A DNA stretch of 64,000 nucleotides. It comes from Candidatus Gottesmanbacteria bacterium (lineage in GTDB: Bacteria; Patescibacteriota; Microgenomatia; UBA10105; UBA927). Of the stretch, positions 28,921 to 36,598 are shown in pieces (position 1 is the first letter of the stretch; each line of letters begins with the position of its first letter). A model generated the notes under the pieces. That model was given only the letters and a program-made list of their open reading frames with translations, had not been told where the DNA came from and ran no database searches. Made by a program: the position numbers and the translations under genes. The stretch spans positions 128,696-192,695 of the forward strand of contig CAWBPL010000002.1 in NCBI GenBank assembly GCA_963790805.1, given 5' to 3'.

Positions 28921-29077
28921 TGTCGTGGGATAAGGGCTCCCGACAGCACGCAGCTTATCCACGAATGCCAGACATTACTTGAGAAACACCATGCGATAGT
29001 TATGTGATCAGAAGACAAGAATATTTATGAAAAAGTCGGGTGGTAAGCGAGTACTGACGGGAATGTATCCCACGACA
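28921..29077. other. 157-nt element closed by a perfect 12-bp inverted repeat (candidate structured RNA or MITE-like remnant)
   Basis: TGTCGTGGGATA (28921..28932) pairs with TATCCCACGACA (29066..29077). An inner pair is CCCGAC (28939..28944) with GTCGGG (29035..29040). Two competing local hairpins are GGATAAG/CTTATCC and GGTGGT/ACCACC. Confidence 0.3.
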
Positions 29078-29087
29078 CGACCACCAA

Positions 29088-30152
29088 TTATTCTTGAGTA
29101 TTTCCGTCAGTAAGCTCGAGGTTTTTAATCGTGGGAAGCGCGGGCCCCGCGATCCCCTGCATGCTGCCGTAAATACCGGCAACACCCGACTGGAGCCGCC
29201 GCACCTGCGCTTCGCGCTGCTTCCATGATTTTTCAAATGCGGTCCGCTCGCGTACAATCTGGTCTTCCATTTCCTGATACGTCTCCATCATCCCCTCCAC
29301 CTGCTGGGCAAATTCGTGGCTGGTCACGTACCCGTATAATTCCTCCGCTTTTGTCTGCTGATTTTGCGCAATCATTTTCTGTCGCGCGGCATCAAGGAGC
29401 CTGCCTCTCAAAAGCTGAGCCAAGGGAAGTGCGAGTTTGGGACTCGTGACCCACACGCCGTCATACAAACCCAATCCGTTTTTAATCCCCTCGGGAAGCG
29501 TATCGGAAACAATGGCCGGAATATTCGCTTTGTCATTTCTCATATCTTCTTTCAACTTTGCAGTCCATCCGTCGCTCCACGCTTTGGTCCGTTTGCTCTC
29601 CCAGAGAATGCGGCCGCAATCCATGCCGCGCGGACTCCGGACAATCTGGCGGATGTCAGCGCCTAACACGCCTTTGCCGATGGGTTCGATCGTATCGCCG
29701 GCGAATTCTTTCCGGAATAATTCCTCCAAATCCAACTCCTGTACTTCTCCCTGTAATTGCTGTGACCCCTGCGTGGCTTTCCTTTGCGCATCCTCAAGAG
29801 ATTTCTTGAGATCATCAATAACCTTGTCTTTATCTTTATCTTTCAGCCGTTGGGACTCTGCCGCTTCCTCCAATGTTTTCTGCCGGATTTTTTCGCGCTC
29901 AACATCCAGTTGCCGTTGCTTCTCCAGTTCAAACGTCCGCTTCTCTTCATCCAGTTCATTTTTTTGTTTACGCAAAGTAAGTTCTGTTTTTTCCGCCTCT
30001 TCGAGTTTCTGTTTCATCTCCCGCAATTCCTCTTCATGTTTTTTCTGTTCCTTACTTAACAGTTCCTCCTGAATCTGATGCGTGAGCGCCTGCGTGAGCT
30101 CAATGGTTTTTTTACAATGAGGACAGATAATGGTGTTTTGCATATGGGCCAT
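29088..30152 (-). CDS. DUF2130-like coiled-coil protein with an N-terminal zinc-ribbon
   Basis: An N-terminal IICPHCKKTIELTQAL is followed by a long charged coiled coil and a conserved C-terminal globular part. The assignment is from memory of the DUF2130 architecture. Confidence 0.6.
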   Translation of the reverse strand: MAHMQNTIICPHCKKTIELTQALTHQIQEELLSKEQKKHEEELREMKQKLEEAEKTELTLRKQKNELDEEKRTFELEKQRQLDVEREKIRQKTLEEAAESQRLKDKDKDKVIDDLKKSLEDAQRKATQGSQQLQGEVQELDLEELFRKEFAGDTIEPIGKGVLGADIRQIVRSPRGMDCGRILWESKRTKAWSDGWTAKLKEDMRNDKANIPAIVSDTLPEGIKNGLGLYDGVWVTSPKLALPLAQLLRGRLLDAARQKMIAQNQQTKAEELYGYVTSHEFAQQVEGMMETYQEMEDQIVRERTAFEKSWKQREAQVRRLQSGVAGIYGSMQGIAGPALPTIKNLELTDGNTQE

Positions 30153-30161
30153 TATAACACC

Positions 30162-30731
30162 TCACCCTTCCTGCATCACGTACTTATGCAGGGATTTACG
30201 TATCGCTTTGTGATCCGGAACCATCTGGGTCACCAGCCGCCAGAACCGTTCGGAGTGATTGTGTTCTTTAAGGTGGCAAAGCTCATGCACGACAACGTAA
30301 TCAAACGACCGGTTAGGTAAATACATAAGTTTGTAATTAAACTGCAAGTTCCCCCGCATCGTGCAACTTCCCCACAACGATGTCTGGTTTCTGATGCTGA
30401 TTCTTCGAAAGGAAAATTTATAAAACGCGTTAAAAAATTTGATGCGCTCTTTCACAAGATTCAATACTTTATGTTTATTCTGTTCGTATTCTTTTTTGGA
30501 ATATTTTATTATGGTTTTGCCTTCCATGCTTTTCATCTTTTTAAGATGCTTCAAAATCCACGAGGATTTCTGTTTTAAAAATCCCTCAACAAAGTGTTCC
30601 TGCCACCGGTGCGCAACGGTAACGGTAAGCGAACCTGTGGGTTCGATCGTCATTCGCATATACCGCGCCCTACTGCTTATGCGAATCGTATAGGAAACTT
30701 TTTCCCCGCCCAACAGAATATCCCGTTTCAT
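30162..30731 (-). CDS. DUF45/YgjP-type (M48/SprT-like) zinc metallopeptidase
   Basis: Contains WGSCTMRGNLQFNYKL...VVVHELCHLKEHNHSERFW, with an HExxH motif. The track start at 30749 is a TTG; the ATG at 30731 has a TATCAT hexamer 6 nt upstream. Confidence 0.8.
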   Translation of the reverse strand: MKRDILLGGEKVSYTIRISSRARYMRMTIEPTGSLTVTVAHRWQEHFVEGFLKQKSSWILKHLKKMKSMEGKTIIKYSKKEYEQNKHKVLNLVKERIKFFNAFYKFSFRRISIRNQTSLWGSCTMRGNLQFNYKLMYLPNRSFDYVVVHELCHLKEHNHSERFWRLVTQMVPDHKAIRKSLHKYVMQEG

Positions 30732-30749
30732 CAGGCTATGATACAACAA
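30721..30749 (-). repeat. Copy A of a repeated promoter/leader module (TTGTTGTAyyATAGCC..ATGAAACGGGA)
   Basis: The + strand reads tcccgtttcatcaggctatgatacaacaa, matching copy B at 25 of 29 positions. Confidence 0.6.
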
Positions 30750-30790
30750 GGAACGAGTGAGACGAAATCGGAACGTTTTTTTGAGGAATC

Positions 30791-31105
30791 TTATGCCACA
30801 CCTAAAAGCGCTAAAACCAATGCAATAATGAGGACTATAACTACTATATGAGGTAATACCGCGATGACAACAATGCCAAGAGCGGAAAGCACCCAGATGA
30901 ATAAAAGAACACCGGCGACTACCCTTAAGGGACCGGGTAGGGCTTCAATTGCCCAAAGAATAACAAGAAATATAAGGAGTTGCCATAAACCAATTGAATG
31001 TCCGTTGAGTGTAAATAGAGGGTAATTTGGTATTGATATACCTTGGATATGAATGTATCCAAAAAACCATAAAACTATAAGGACCAGTAAAATTGCACCC
31101 AACAT
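30791..31105 (-). CDS. Small integral membrane protein (104 aa, 3-4 TM)
   Basis: Almost entirely hydrophobic; no motif recognised. Confidence 0.55.
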   Translation of the reverse strand: MLGAILLVLIVLWFFGYIHIQGISIPNYPLFTLNGHSIGLWQLLIFLVILWAIEALPGPLRVVAGVLLFIWVLSALGIVVIAVLPHIVVIVLIIALVLALLGVA

Positions 31106-31144
31106 GTTTACTAATAATTATATTACACCCTTTAAGGAACTTGA

Positions 31145-31162
31145 TACAACCTCCCGTTTCAT
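31145..31162 (-). repeat. Copy C of the ATGAAACGGGAGGTT leader module
   Basis: The reverse strand reads ATGAAACGGGAGGTTGTA, against copy B ATGAAACGGGAGGTTATA. Confidence 0.55.
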
Positions 31163-31168
31163 CGTGAT

Positions 31169-31642
31169 TTACACAAAAACGTATTTTAAAAAATCATGTT
31201 CGGCATGTTCTATGCGTGTACGCGTTACCATGGTAAATCCCATTTTTTCATAAAAGACACGCGCTCTCCCTGAATACACCCACAACTCTCGCGCGCGTTT
31301 TTCGGATACCTCGTACAGTAATTTTTTCATGAGTAAGCTGCCAATTCCTTTACCGCGATGTTCCTCGGTAACGGCAAAATAACTAACCCAATAAATATCT
31401 TTTCCGTAGGGAAACAGAGTTCCCAACGACTTACCCGCCCAACTTCCATCGTCTTTATACCAACCAATAATGCCAATAATGCGACCGTCTTGTATCGCTA
31501 CAAATACGTTATTATCATGTTGGCGAAGAGACTTGTTATAAAACTCTATGACCCGATGCGATGGCCCAACATCCGTTTTTACCGCCAAATCCCGAGCCTC
31601 ATACTTGTTCGCATCTGTAAGTGACTCTATCTGAATATCCAT
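31169..31642 (-). CDS. GNAT-family N-acetyltransferase
   Basis: Contains the acetyl-CoA-binding pattern YFAVTEEHRGKGIGSLLMKKLL and has the typical ~160-aa size. Confidence 0.85.
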   Translation of the reverse strand: MDIQIESLTDANKYEARDLAVKTDVGPSHRVIEFYNKSLRQHDNNVFVAIQDGRIIGIIGWYKDDGSWAGKSLGTLFPYGKDIYWVSYFAVTEEHRGKGIGSLLMKKLLYEVSEKRARELWVYSGRARVFYEKMGFTMVTRTRIEHAEHDFLKYVFV

Positions 31643-31647
31643 ATAAC

Positions 31648-31676
31648 CTCCCGTTTCATTTGGCTATAGTACAACA
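31648..31676 (-). repeat. Copy B of the repeated promoter/leader module
   Basis: The + strand reads ctcccgtttcatttggctatagtacaacaa. It supplies the GGGAGG SD of the GNAT gene. Confidence 0.6.
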
Positions 31677-31764
31677 ACAAAAAGAGAAAGAAAAATCGCT
31701 CCGCTTGAGTACTCACAACCTGACCAAAGAGGGAATATCCTTCGATCACGACCTAAAAACATTT

Positions 31765-34041
31765 TTATTGCACCATTAGAGCTTTCGCTAATGAGTCAAA
31801 AATGATTTTGTGTTCATCTCGATATTTATCAATATCACCAATTTTCGAACCTTTGACTTCTTTGGGTTTTTCTAACTCATTACGAATATAACCAGTCAAG
31901 TTGTTATCGTCGGTTATATACAAATATCCACTATCGTATTTATTACCACTTGAATAATCTGATTCGTCCAAAACAAGACTTTGAATTTCTAAACAATTAC
32001 CATCAAATATGCCATTTATTTTAATTTTTGAATCTCCTCCTTGTTTAATATTTAATATATCATTTTCTTTAATAATTTGAATAACATATCGACCTCCTAT
32101 CATTAATTCCCAATATCCAGACCAATCGAATATATGACCGGTAGAAAGTTGCTCAACATAACCTATTTTATATTGACTTAACAAAGAACCTTGGCTACTT
32201 AATTGTTTTTCGCTTTTTTCTTCATCATCTACGGAGGTTTGTACAGATCCTAAAGTTTTATCTACTCGTGTATCATAACCTGATTTATTATCTCTTATAA
32301 TATTTCTTAGCATATCTAATGCCTTATCTTTCAAACCAATTTGAAGATATTGTGATGCTATATTGCTTCCCGCTAAAGTATTGCCTAGAGAAAATGATTT
32401 CTTGTACATCTCCATGCACTTAATGGGCATATTTTCCCGTTCATAAAGCACACCAAGATTGTTAGTTATATTTGAAATATCTTTGCTATTTTCTAATGCA
32501 ATTAAATAATGGTATAAGGATGAGGGCCTATCGTTTATTTCTGAATATTCATAGGCACAAGTAAATCTAACATCACTATCAAATGGATTAATGTTCAAGT
32601 ATGCCTCTAAAAATAATAAACCTTTGTTTTTGCTACCTGTCTCTAAATAGTGATTTCCAAGTATTCTAAAAAGATTTGTTTTTTTCTCAATATCTGTAGT
32701 AATTCGGATGAGCGCCTTAATTCTTTCATCAAAATCATGTTTTAGATTACATTTACAATGTGCGCAAACATCAGAGAAATGTAACAGATAAGACAAAATG
32801 ATTTCCGGATCGTCTTCTAAGGATAGCGCTTTCTCTATATATTCATGGGAAATCCTATGCGATTTATTGTTATAAAAATATTTGGATAAGTAATATGCCG
32901 CAAAAGAATATTTAGTATTTTTTGTCTCTATCGATTTAAGATCTTTTGGGTCATTAACATATTTATCAACACAGTCTACAGAGTTTTGTACCTTTTCTTC
33001 AGTATATTTGGCCTTAATTTCTTCGATAATAGTACGACCTGCTTTTTCCTTCTTTTCCCTATTTAGATCAATCAATCCCCACTCTAAAATTTTTAAACTA
33101 ACCATAAGATCTTCTTTAAACCTGTTGATAAAATTCGCCTTATCCTCACCAATTAACAGGTTATAAATTCTTGGACCCGGACTCCTTTTCGTAAGATATC
33201 TTTTTGAATTATCACTTATCTTATCTAAGATTAAATTTGTTTCTTCAATAATATCATCAACGTTCGAAAAACGGAGTTTCGCGTCATCTACTATCATTTT
33301 GCTAAGTAAACTTTCTTGTATTAGTGGTAAATATGGATTCGAACCCTCGTACAATGATGCTAGATCACCTATTTCCTCACGAAAAATTTTTACTTTACCA
33401 GTGAGGATAAAGAGCAATACTTTTCCTAGCGAATATATATCCGATTTTTCATTTGCCTGAGATGGGTTTTTATATTGTTCGGGAGCTATAAAATGCAAAG
33501 GGCCAACAATTTCATCCTCTTCTGTAATTTCACCATCACCCGCTTGTTCTTTTAGCAAACCTATACCAAAATCTGTAATTAAGATACTTTTTTGTGTGGG
33601 GTAAAGGAGAATATTGTCGGGTTTCAAATCTCTATGTATAACGCCAGCCTTATGAGCAGAATTTACGCCTATTAATATCTCTTTAAATAATCGAAGTGCG
33701 GCTTCAACATCGTTAAAATAAAAATCATTATCCCTTAAACTCCCATGAGGGGAATAATCCATAACATAAAATACGCTTGTGTCTTTATTATCTAATACTT
33801 CTTGTAAGTTATCGTCATATATCCTTACTACATTCCTATTGCCGTTGAGTTTTTTAATTATGCTTATTTCTGTTTGAATTCTCTTTAGTTTCTTCTTTTG
33901 AAACTTTTTAAGCGAAAATCGTTTTAAAGCGTATATTTGATCATCTTCAGAATTTCTAACTTTTAATACGGTTGCTTGACCTCCTGATTTAATTTTTTCT
34001 AAAACTATCCATTTTTTATGATAACTTTTCTTTTGATTCAT
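31765..34041 (-). CDS. Ser/Thr protein kinase with a TPR-like middle region and an unassigned beta-rich C-terminal domain
   Basis: Contains the complete Hanks motif set: SGGQATV loop, YALKRF Lys, HRDLKPDNILL, DFGIG and FIAPEQ. The middle region is helical-repeat (TPR-like). The last ~130 aa are unrecognised. The gene is strongly AT-rich relative to its neighbours. Confidence 0.85.
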   Translation of the reverse strand: MNQKKSYHKKWIVLEKIKSGGQATVLKVRNSEDDQIYALKRFSLKKFQKKKLKRIQTEISIIKKLNGNRNVVRIYDDNLQEVLDNKDTSVFYVMDYSPHGSLRDNDFYFNDVEAALRLFKEILIGVNSAHKAGVIHRDLKPDNILLYPTQKSILITDFGIGLLKEQAGDGEITEEDEIVGPLHFIAPEQYKNPSQANEKSDIYSLGKVLLFILTGKVKIFREEIGDLASLYEGSNPYLPLIQESLLSKMIVDDAKLRFSNVDDIIEETNLILDKISDNSKRYLTKRSPGPRIYNLLIGEDKANFINRFKEDLMVSLKILEWGLIDLNREKKEKAGRTIIEEIKAKYTEEKVQNSVDCVDKYVNDPKDLKSIETKNTKYSFAAYYLSKYFYNNKSHRISHEYIEKALSLEDDPEIILSYLLHFSDVCAHCKCNLKHDFDERIKALIRITTDIEKKTNLFRILGNHYLETGSKNKGLLFLEAYLNINPFDSDVRFTCAYEYSEINDRPSSLYHYLIALENSKDISNITNNLGVLYERENMPIKCMEMYKKSFSLGNTLAGSNIASQYLQIGLKDKALDMLRNIIRDNKSGYDTRVDKTLGSVQTSVDDEEKSEKQLSSQGSLLSQYKIGYVEQLSTGHIFDWSGYWELMIGGRYVIQIIKENDILNIKQGGDSKIKINGIFDGNCLEIQSLVLDESDYSSGNKYDSGYLYITDDNNLTGYIRNELEKPKEVKGSKIGDIDKYRDEHKIIFDSLAKALMVQ

Positions 34042-34070
34042 ATTTTCACTTTTGGCTATATATACCGCGC

Positions 34071-34079
34071 ATTATACCA
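34071..34079 (-). promoter_or_regulatory. Extended -10 element (TGGTATAAT) upstream of the kinase gene
   Basis: The reverse strand reads aaaTGGTATAATgcgcgg, about 30 nt upstream of the ATG at 34041. Confidence 0.4.
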
Positions 34080-34169
34080 TTTAGAATCAATCTTATATTC
34101 CAGATATTTAAATATGTTTATATGAAGCACTCGAGATCATCACAAAATCTCAACTATGAGAGAAATGGG

Positions 34170-35138
34170 TTAGAATTTTTCCAACAAATCTACCAGCGTT
34201 TTTTTGAGGACGTCGATCGACGTGGGGTCGTAGATCGAGCAGACAAGCACGTTTTTGCCAAGTCTGGTAAATAATTTCGTTGTCTTGGCGATGACGTCGG
34301 GGGTAACGAGGTCGGTTTTGGTAAGGAGGATGTATTCCGGTTTCGTTAACAACATTGGGTCAAATTTGTTAAATTCGTCCCGCACCGTATCGTATGTTTT
34401 TTTCGGGGCCGAGTTCGTGAGGTCGATGCAGTGGACGAGGATTTTGGTTTTCTGAATATGGCGAAGGAAATCCACCCCCAGCCCTTTTCCTTTCGACGCT
34501 CCCTCAATAAGTCCGGGGATATCCGCAATGGCAGAGGTGCCAAGCATGCCGATATTTGGCTCAAGCGTGGTAAAAGGATACGCGCCGATTTTTGGAGTTG
34601 CCATAGTAAGCCGGCTCAGGATGCTGCTTTTCCCTGCATTCGGAAGACCGATAAGCCCGATTTCCGCAATGAGGCGAAGCTCGAGAAGTAATTCCTTTTT
34701 TTCGCCGGCCGTCCCCTTTTCGAAATATTTCGGCGCCTGATTGGTCGAAGTCTTAAATTCCGTATTCCCGCGCCCGCCATGTCCTCCTCGTGCAAAAAGT
34801 ACCGGCGTCGCGCTGTCCGTCATTTCATAGACCGCGCCGGTTGCTAAATCGGTAATTCGTGTACCTAAGGGAAGGAGGATCGTGAGGTCGGAAGCGTTTT
34901 TACCGGACTTTTTTTGGCCGAGTCCGTCGGTGCCGCTTCCGGCTTTAATCTCTTTTTTGTACCGGAATTCGCGAAGATCCGTGATGTTGTGGGAGCCCAA
35001 AAATGAGATGTCTCCGCCGTTGCCGCCATTGCCGCCGTCGGGCCCTCCGCGCGGAACTTTGGCGTCATGACGGAAATGGGCAGACCCGTTACCGCCGTTA
35101 CCCGCCTGAATCGTGAGTTTGATGTTATCAACCAGCAT
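34170..35138 (-). CDS. obg: GTPase Obg/CgtA
   Basis: The N-terminus is MLVDNIKLTIQAGNGGNGSAHFR. It has the Gly-rich Obg fold and the G motifs GLPNAGKSS and DIPGLIEGA. The start was trimmed to the ATG at 35138. Confidence 0.95.
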   Translation of the reverse strand: MLVDNIKLTIQAGNGGNGSAHFRHDAKVPRGGPDGGNGGNGGDISFLGSHNITDLREFRYKKEIKAGSGTDGLGQKKSGKNASDLTILLPLGTRITDLATGAVYEMTDSATPVLFARGGHGGRGNTEFKTSTNQAPKYFEKGTAGEKKELLLELRLIAEIGLIGLPNAGKSSILSRLTMATPKIGAYPFTTLEPNIGMLGTSAIADIPGLIEGASKGKGLGVDFLRHIQKTKILVHCIDLTNSAPKKTYDTVRDEFNKFDPMLLTKPEYILLTKTDLVTPDVIAKTTKLFTRLGKNVLVCSIYDPTSIDVLKKTLVDLLEKF

Positions 35139-35205
35139 ACCCGCATTGTAACAGGTCCGGAGCTTCAAATGTGGATAAACGGTGTTACTTGAGGGTATTT
35201 CGCCA

Positions 35206-35421
35206 TCAGCTGCGCGCTGTCACTTGGAATGAAACAGGGTCGTATTTGAGTTGTGTTTTGCAATTCGTACAGGAAAAATTCACCACGTCTGAGTCCAAAT
35301 TTTCGGTGAGTGTCTGGATTTCCCCCTGAGTATATCCCGTCGCCGTCATGCTCAGGCAGGAAGGGCATTGAACGTCAAATGATTCACCTTGTTCTAAGTT
35401 TTCAACAGCCTGCCCTACCAT
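35206..35421 (-). CDS. Small zinc-ribbon protein (71 aa)
   Basis: Contains CPSC...CTNC pairs. This is the C-terminal 71 codons of the 171-aa ORF; the upstream Arg-rich part overlaps mltG out of frame and was discarded. Confidence 0.45.
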   Translation of the reverse strand: MVGQAVENLEQGESFDVQCPSCLSMTATGYTQGEIQTLTENLDSDVVNFSCTNCKTQLKYDPVSFQVTARS

Positions 35422-35428
35422 AAAGTAA

Positions 35429-36454
35429 TTATTGTAGATATTTCGCGATATTGGCGTTATGCTCCTGAAGGGTTTTCGCGTAATGGACAGCGCCCGTTGT
35501 GTCATGTATGTAATACCAGTAATCCGAAGCTTTCGAATAAATGACGGCATTGATGGACTCAAGACCGGGATTGCAAATCGGCGTCGGCGGCAAACCGGTA
35601 TTGAGATAGGTATTGTACGGCGAATCAATTTTTTTATCCGCGTCGGTAAGCGACTTTTTCCACCACGTTTTATCCGACGCCTGATACCCCAGCGCATACT
35701 GGAGAGTCGCGTCAACTTCAAGCGGCCAGTTCGCTTTTAAGCGTTTGAGGATGATTCCTGCAATTACCGGCCTGTCGTCAACGGTTCTGCCCTCACGCTC
35801 GACAATCGATGCCAGGATAATCACCTGATCGAGAGTCAATCCCTCTTTTTTGGCATCAGCGATCATCTGCGGAGTAATTTTTTTATTGAAATTCGTTAAG
35901 AATATTTGCGCCACAGCCGCCGCTGATGCGTCCTGCGGAACCCTGTATGTGTCAGGAAACATGTACCCTTCTTTTGTATATTTCAGAAATTCGTCTTCAG
36001 GAATATCCAGATCTTTCGAAAGCGTACTTGCTATCTCCTCGTCACGCCAGCCTTCTAGGGTTGTCACCCACTGATCCGAGGTGCCGTGCGTAAGCTCCAG
36101 AGCAACTTCTTTTGCATCCATCGCGCGGGTTAAACGAAACTCTCCCGCCTGCACCTGCCGTTCGATCCCCAATAATTTAACAAGGAGATAAAATCCCGTC
36201 GAACTGCGGATAATATTCTGCGTTGCGAGATTGGAAGCAATGGTCTTAACCCCGTCGCCTTCCCGAACCATAAATACAATGGGGGTCGTATCCTTGGTAT
36301 CGACAGGCGATATGCTATCTCTCCACCAGATCCACCCGAACCACGCCACAAGTACGACGACGAAAAACAAAACCACCAATCGGGAAACAAATGAATAGGT
36401 TTTATTTGATTTCATTGAGCGTTGCCCTTCTGTATCTTCCTGACTGCGAATCAT
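35429..36454 (-). CDS. mltG: Endolytic murein transglycosylase MltG (YceG-like)
   Basis: A TM anchor is followed by ASIVEREG and YNTYLNTGLPPTPICNPG, which are diagnostic YceG motifs. The start could also be the ATG at 36415. Confidence 0.9.
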   Translation of the reverse strand: MIRSQEDTEGQRSMKSNKTYSFVSRLVVLFFVVVLVAWFGWIWWRDSISPVDTKDTTPIVFMVREGDGVKTIASNLATQNIIRSSTGFYLLVKLLGIERQVQAGEFRLTRAMDAKEVALELTHGTSDQWVTTLEGWRDEEIASTLSKDLDIPEDEFLKYTKEGYMFPDTYRVPQDASAAAVAQIFLTNFNKKITPQMIADAKKEGLTLDQVIILASIVEREGRTVDDRPVIAGIILKRLKANWPLEVDATLQYALGYQASDKTWWKKSLTDADKKIDSPYNTYLNTGLPPTPICNPGLESINAVIYSKASDYWYYIHDTTGAVHYAKTLQEHNANIAKYLQ

Positions 36455-36593
36455 ACACGTAGATTCGCCCGCAATTACAGGTAACCTGCGTCCCTTTTAC
36501 TTCCTCTTCTTTCGGAAGTTTCTTGCCGCATCCCACGCACTTCCCCTGTGATAAGAGCCATGCCTGCATCGGTGCGATGATATCTTTAAACAT
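36402..36593 (-). CDS. Small zinc-ribbon protein (63 aa)
   Basis: Contains CVGC...CNC pairs. It overlaps the mltG start. Confidence 0.45.
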   Translation of the reverse strand: MFKDIIAPMQAWLLSQGKCVGCGKKLPKEEEVKGTQVTCNCGRIYVYDSQSGRYRRATLNEIK

Positions 36594-36598
36594 AATAA

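Noticed and set aside
28921-29077. A firm call of the inverted-repeat element as a MITE.
   Set aside because: No target-site duplication is visible at the flanks (aaggaa vs cgacca) and no second copy exists in the window. It is kept only as an unassigned structured element.
29437-30072. 211-aa Ser/Phe/Cys-rich + strand ORF.
   Set aside because: It is the antisense image of the Glu/Lys-rich coiled coil of the DUF2130-like gene; GAA/AAG repeats read as TTC/CTT on the other strand. This is a compositional artefact.
35422-35721. The N-terminal 100 codons of the 171-aa ORF 35206..35721 (Arg/Ile-rich), and ORF 35165..35368.
   Set aside because: They overlap the conserved 3' end of mltG, or obg, out of frame. 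Only the distal zinc-ribbon part, starting at the ATG at 35421 just after the mltG stop, looks like a gene.
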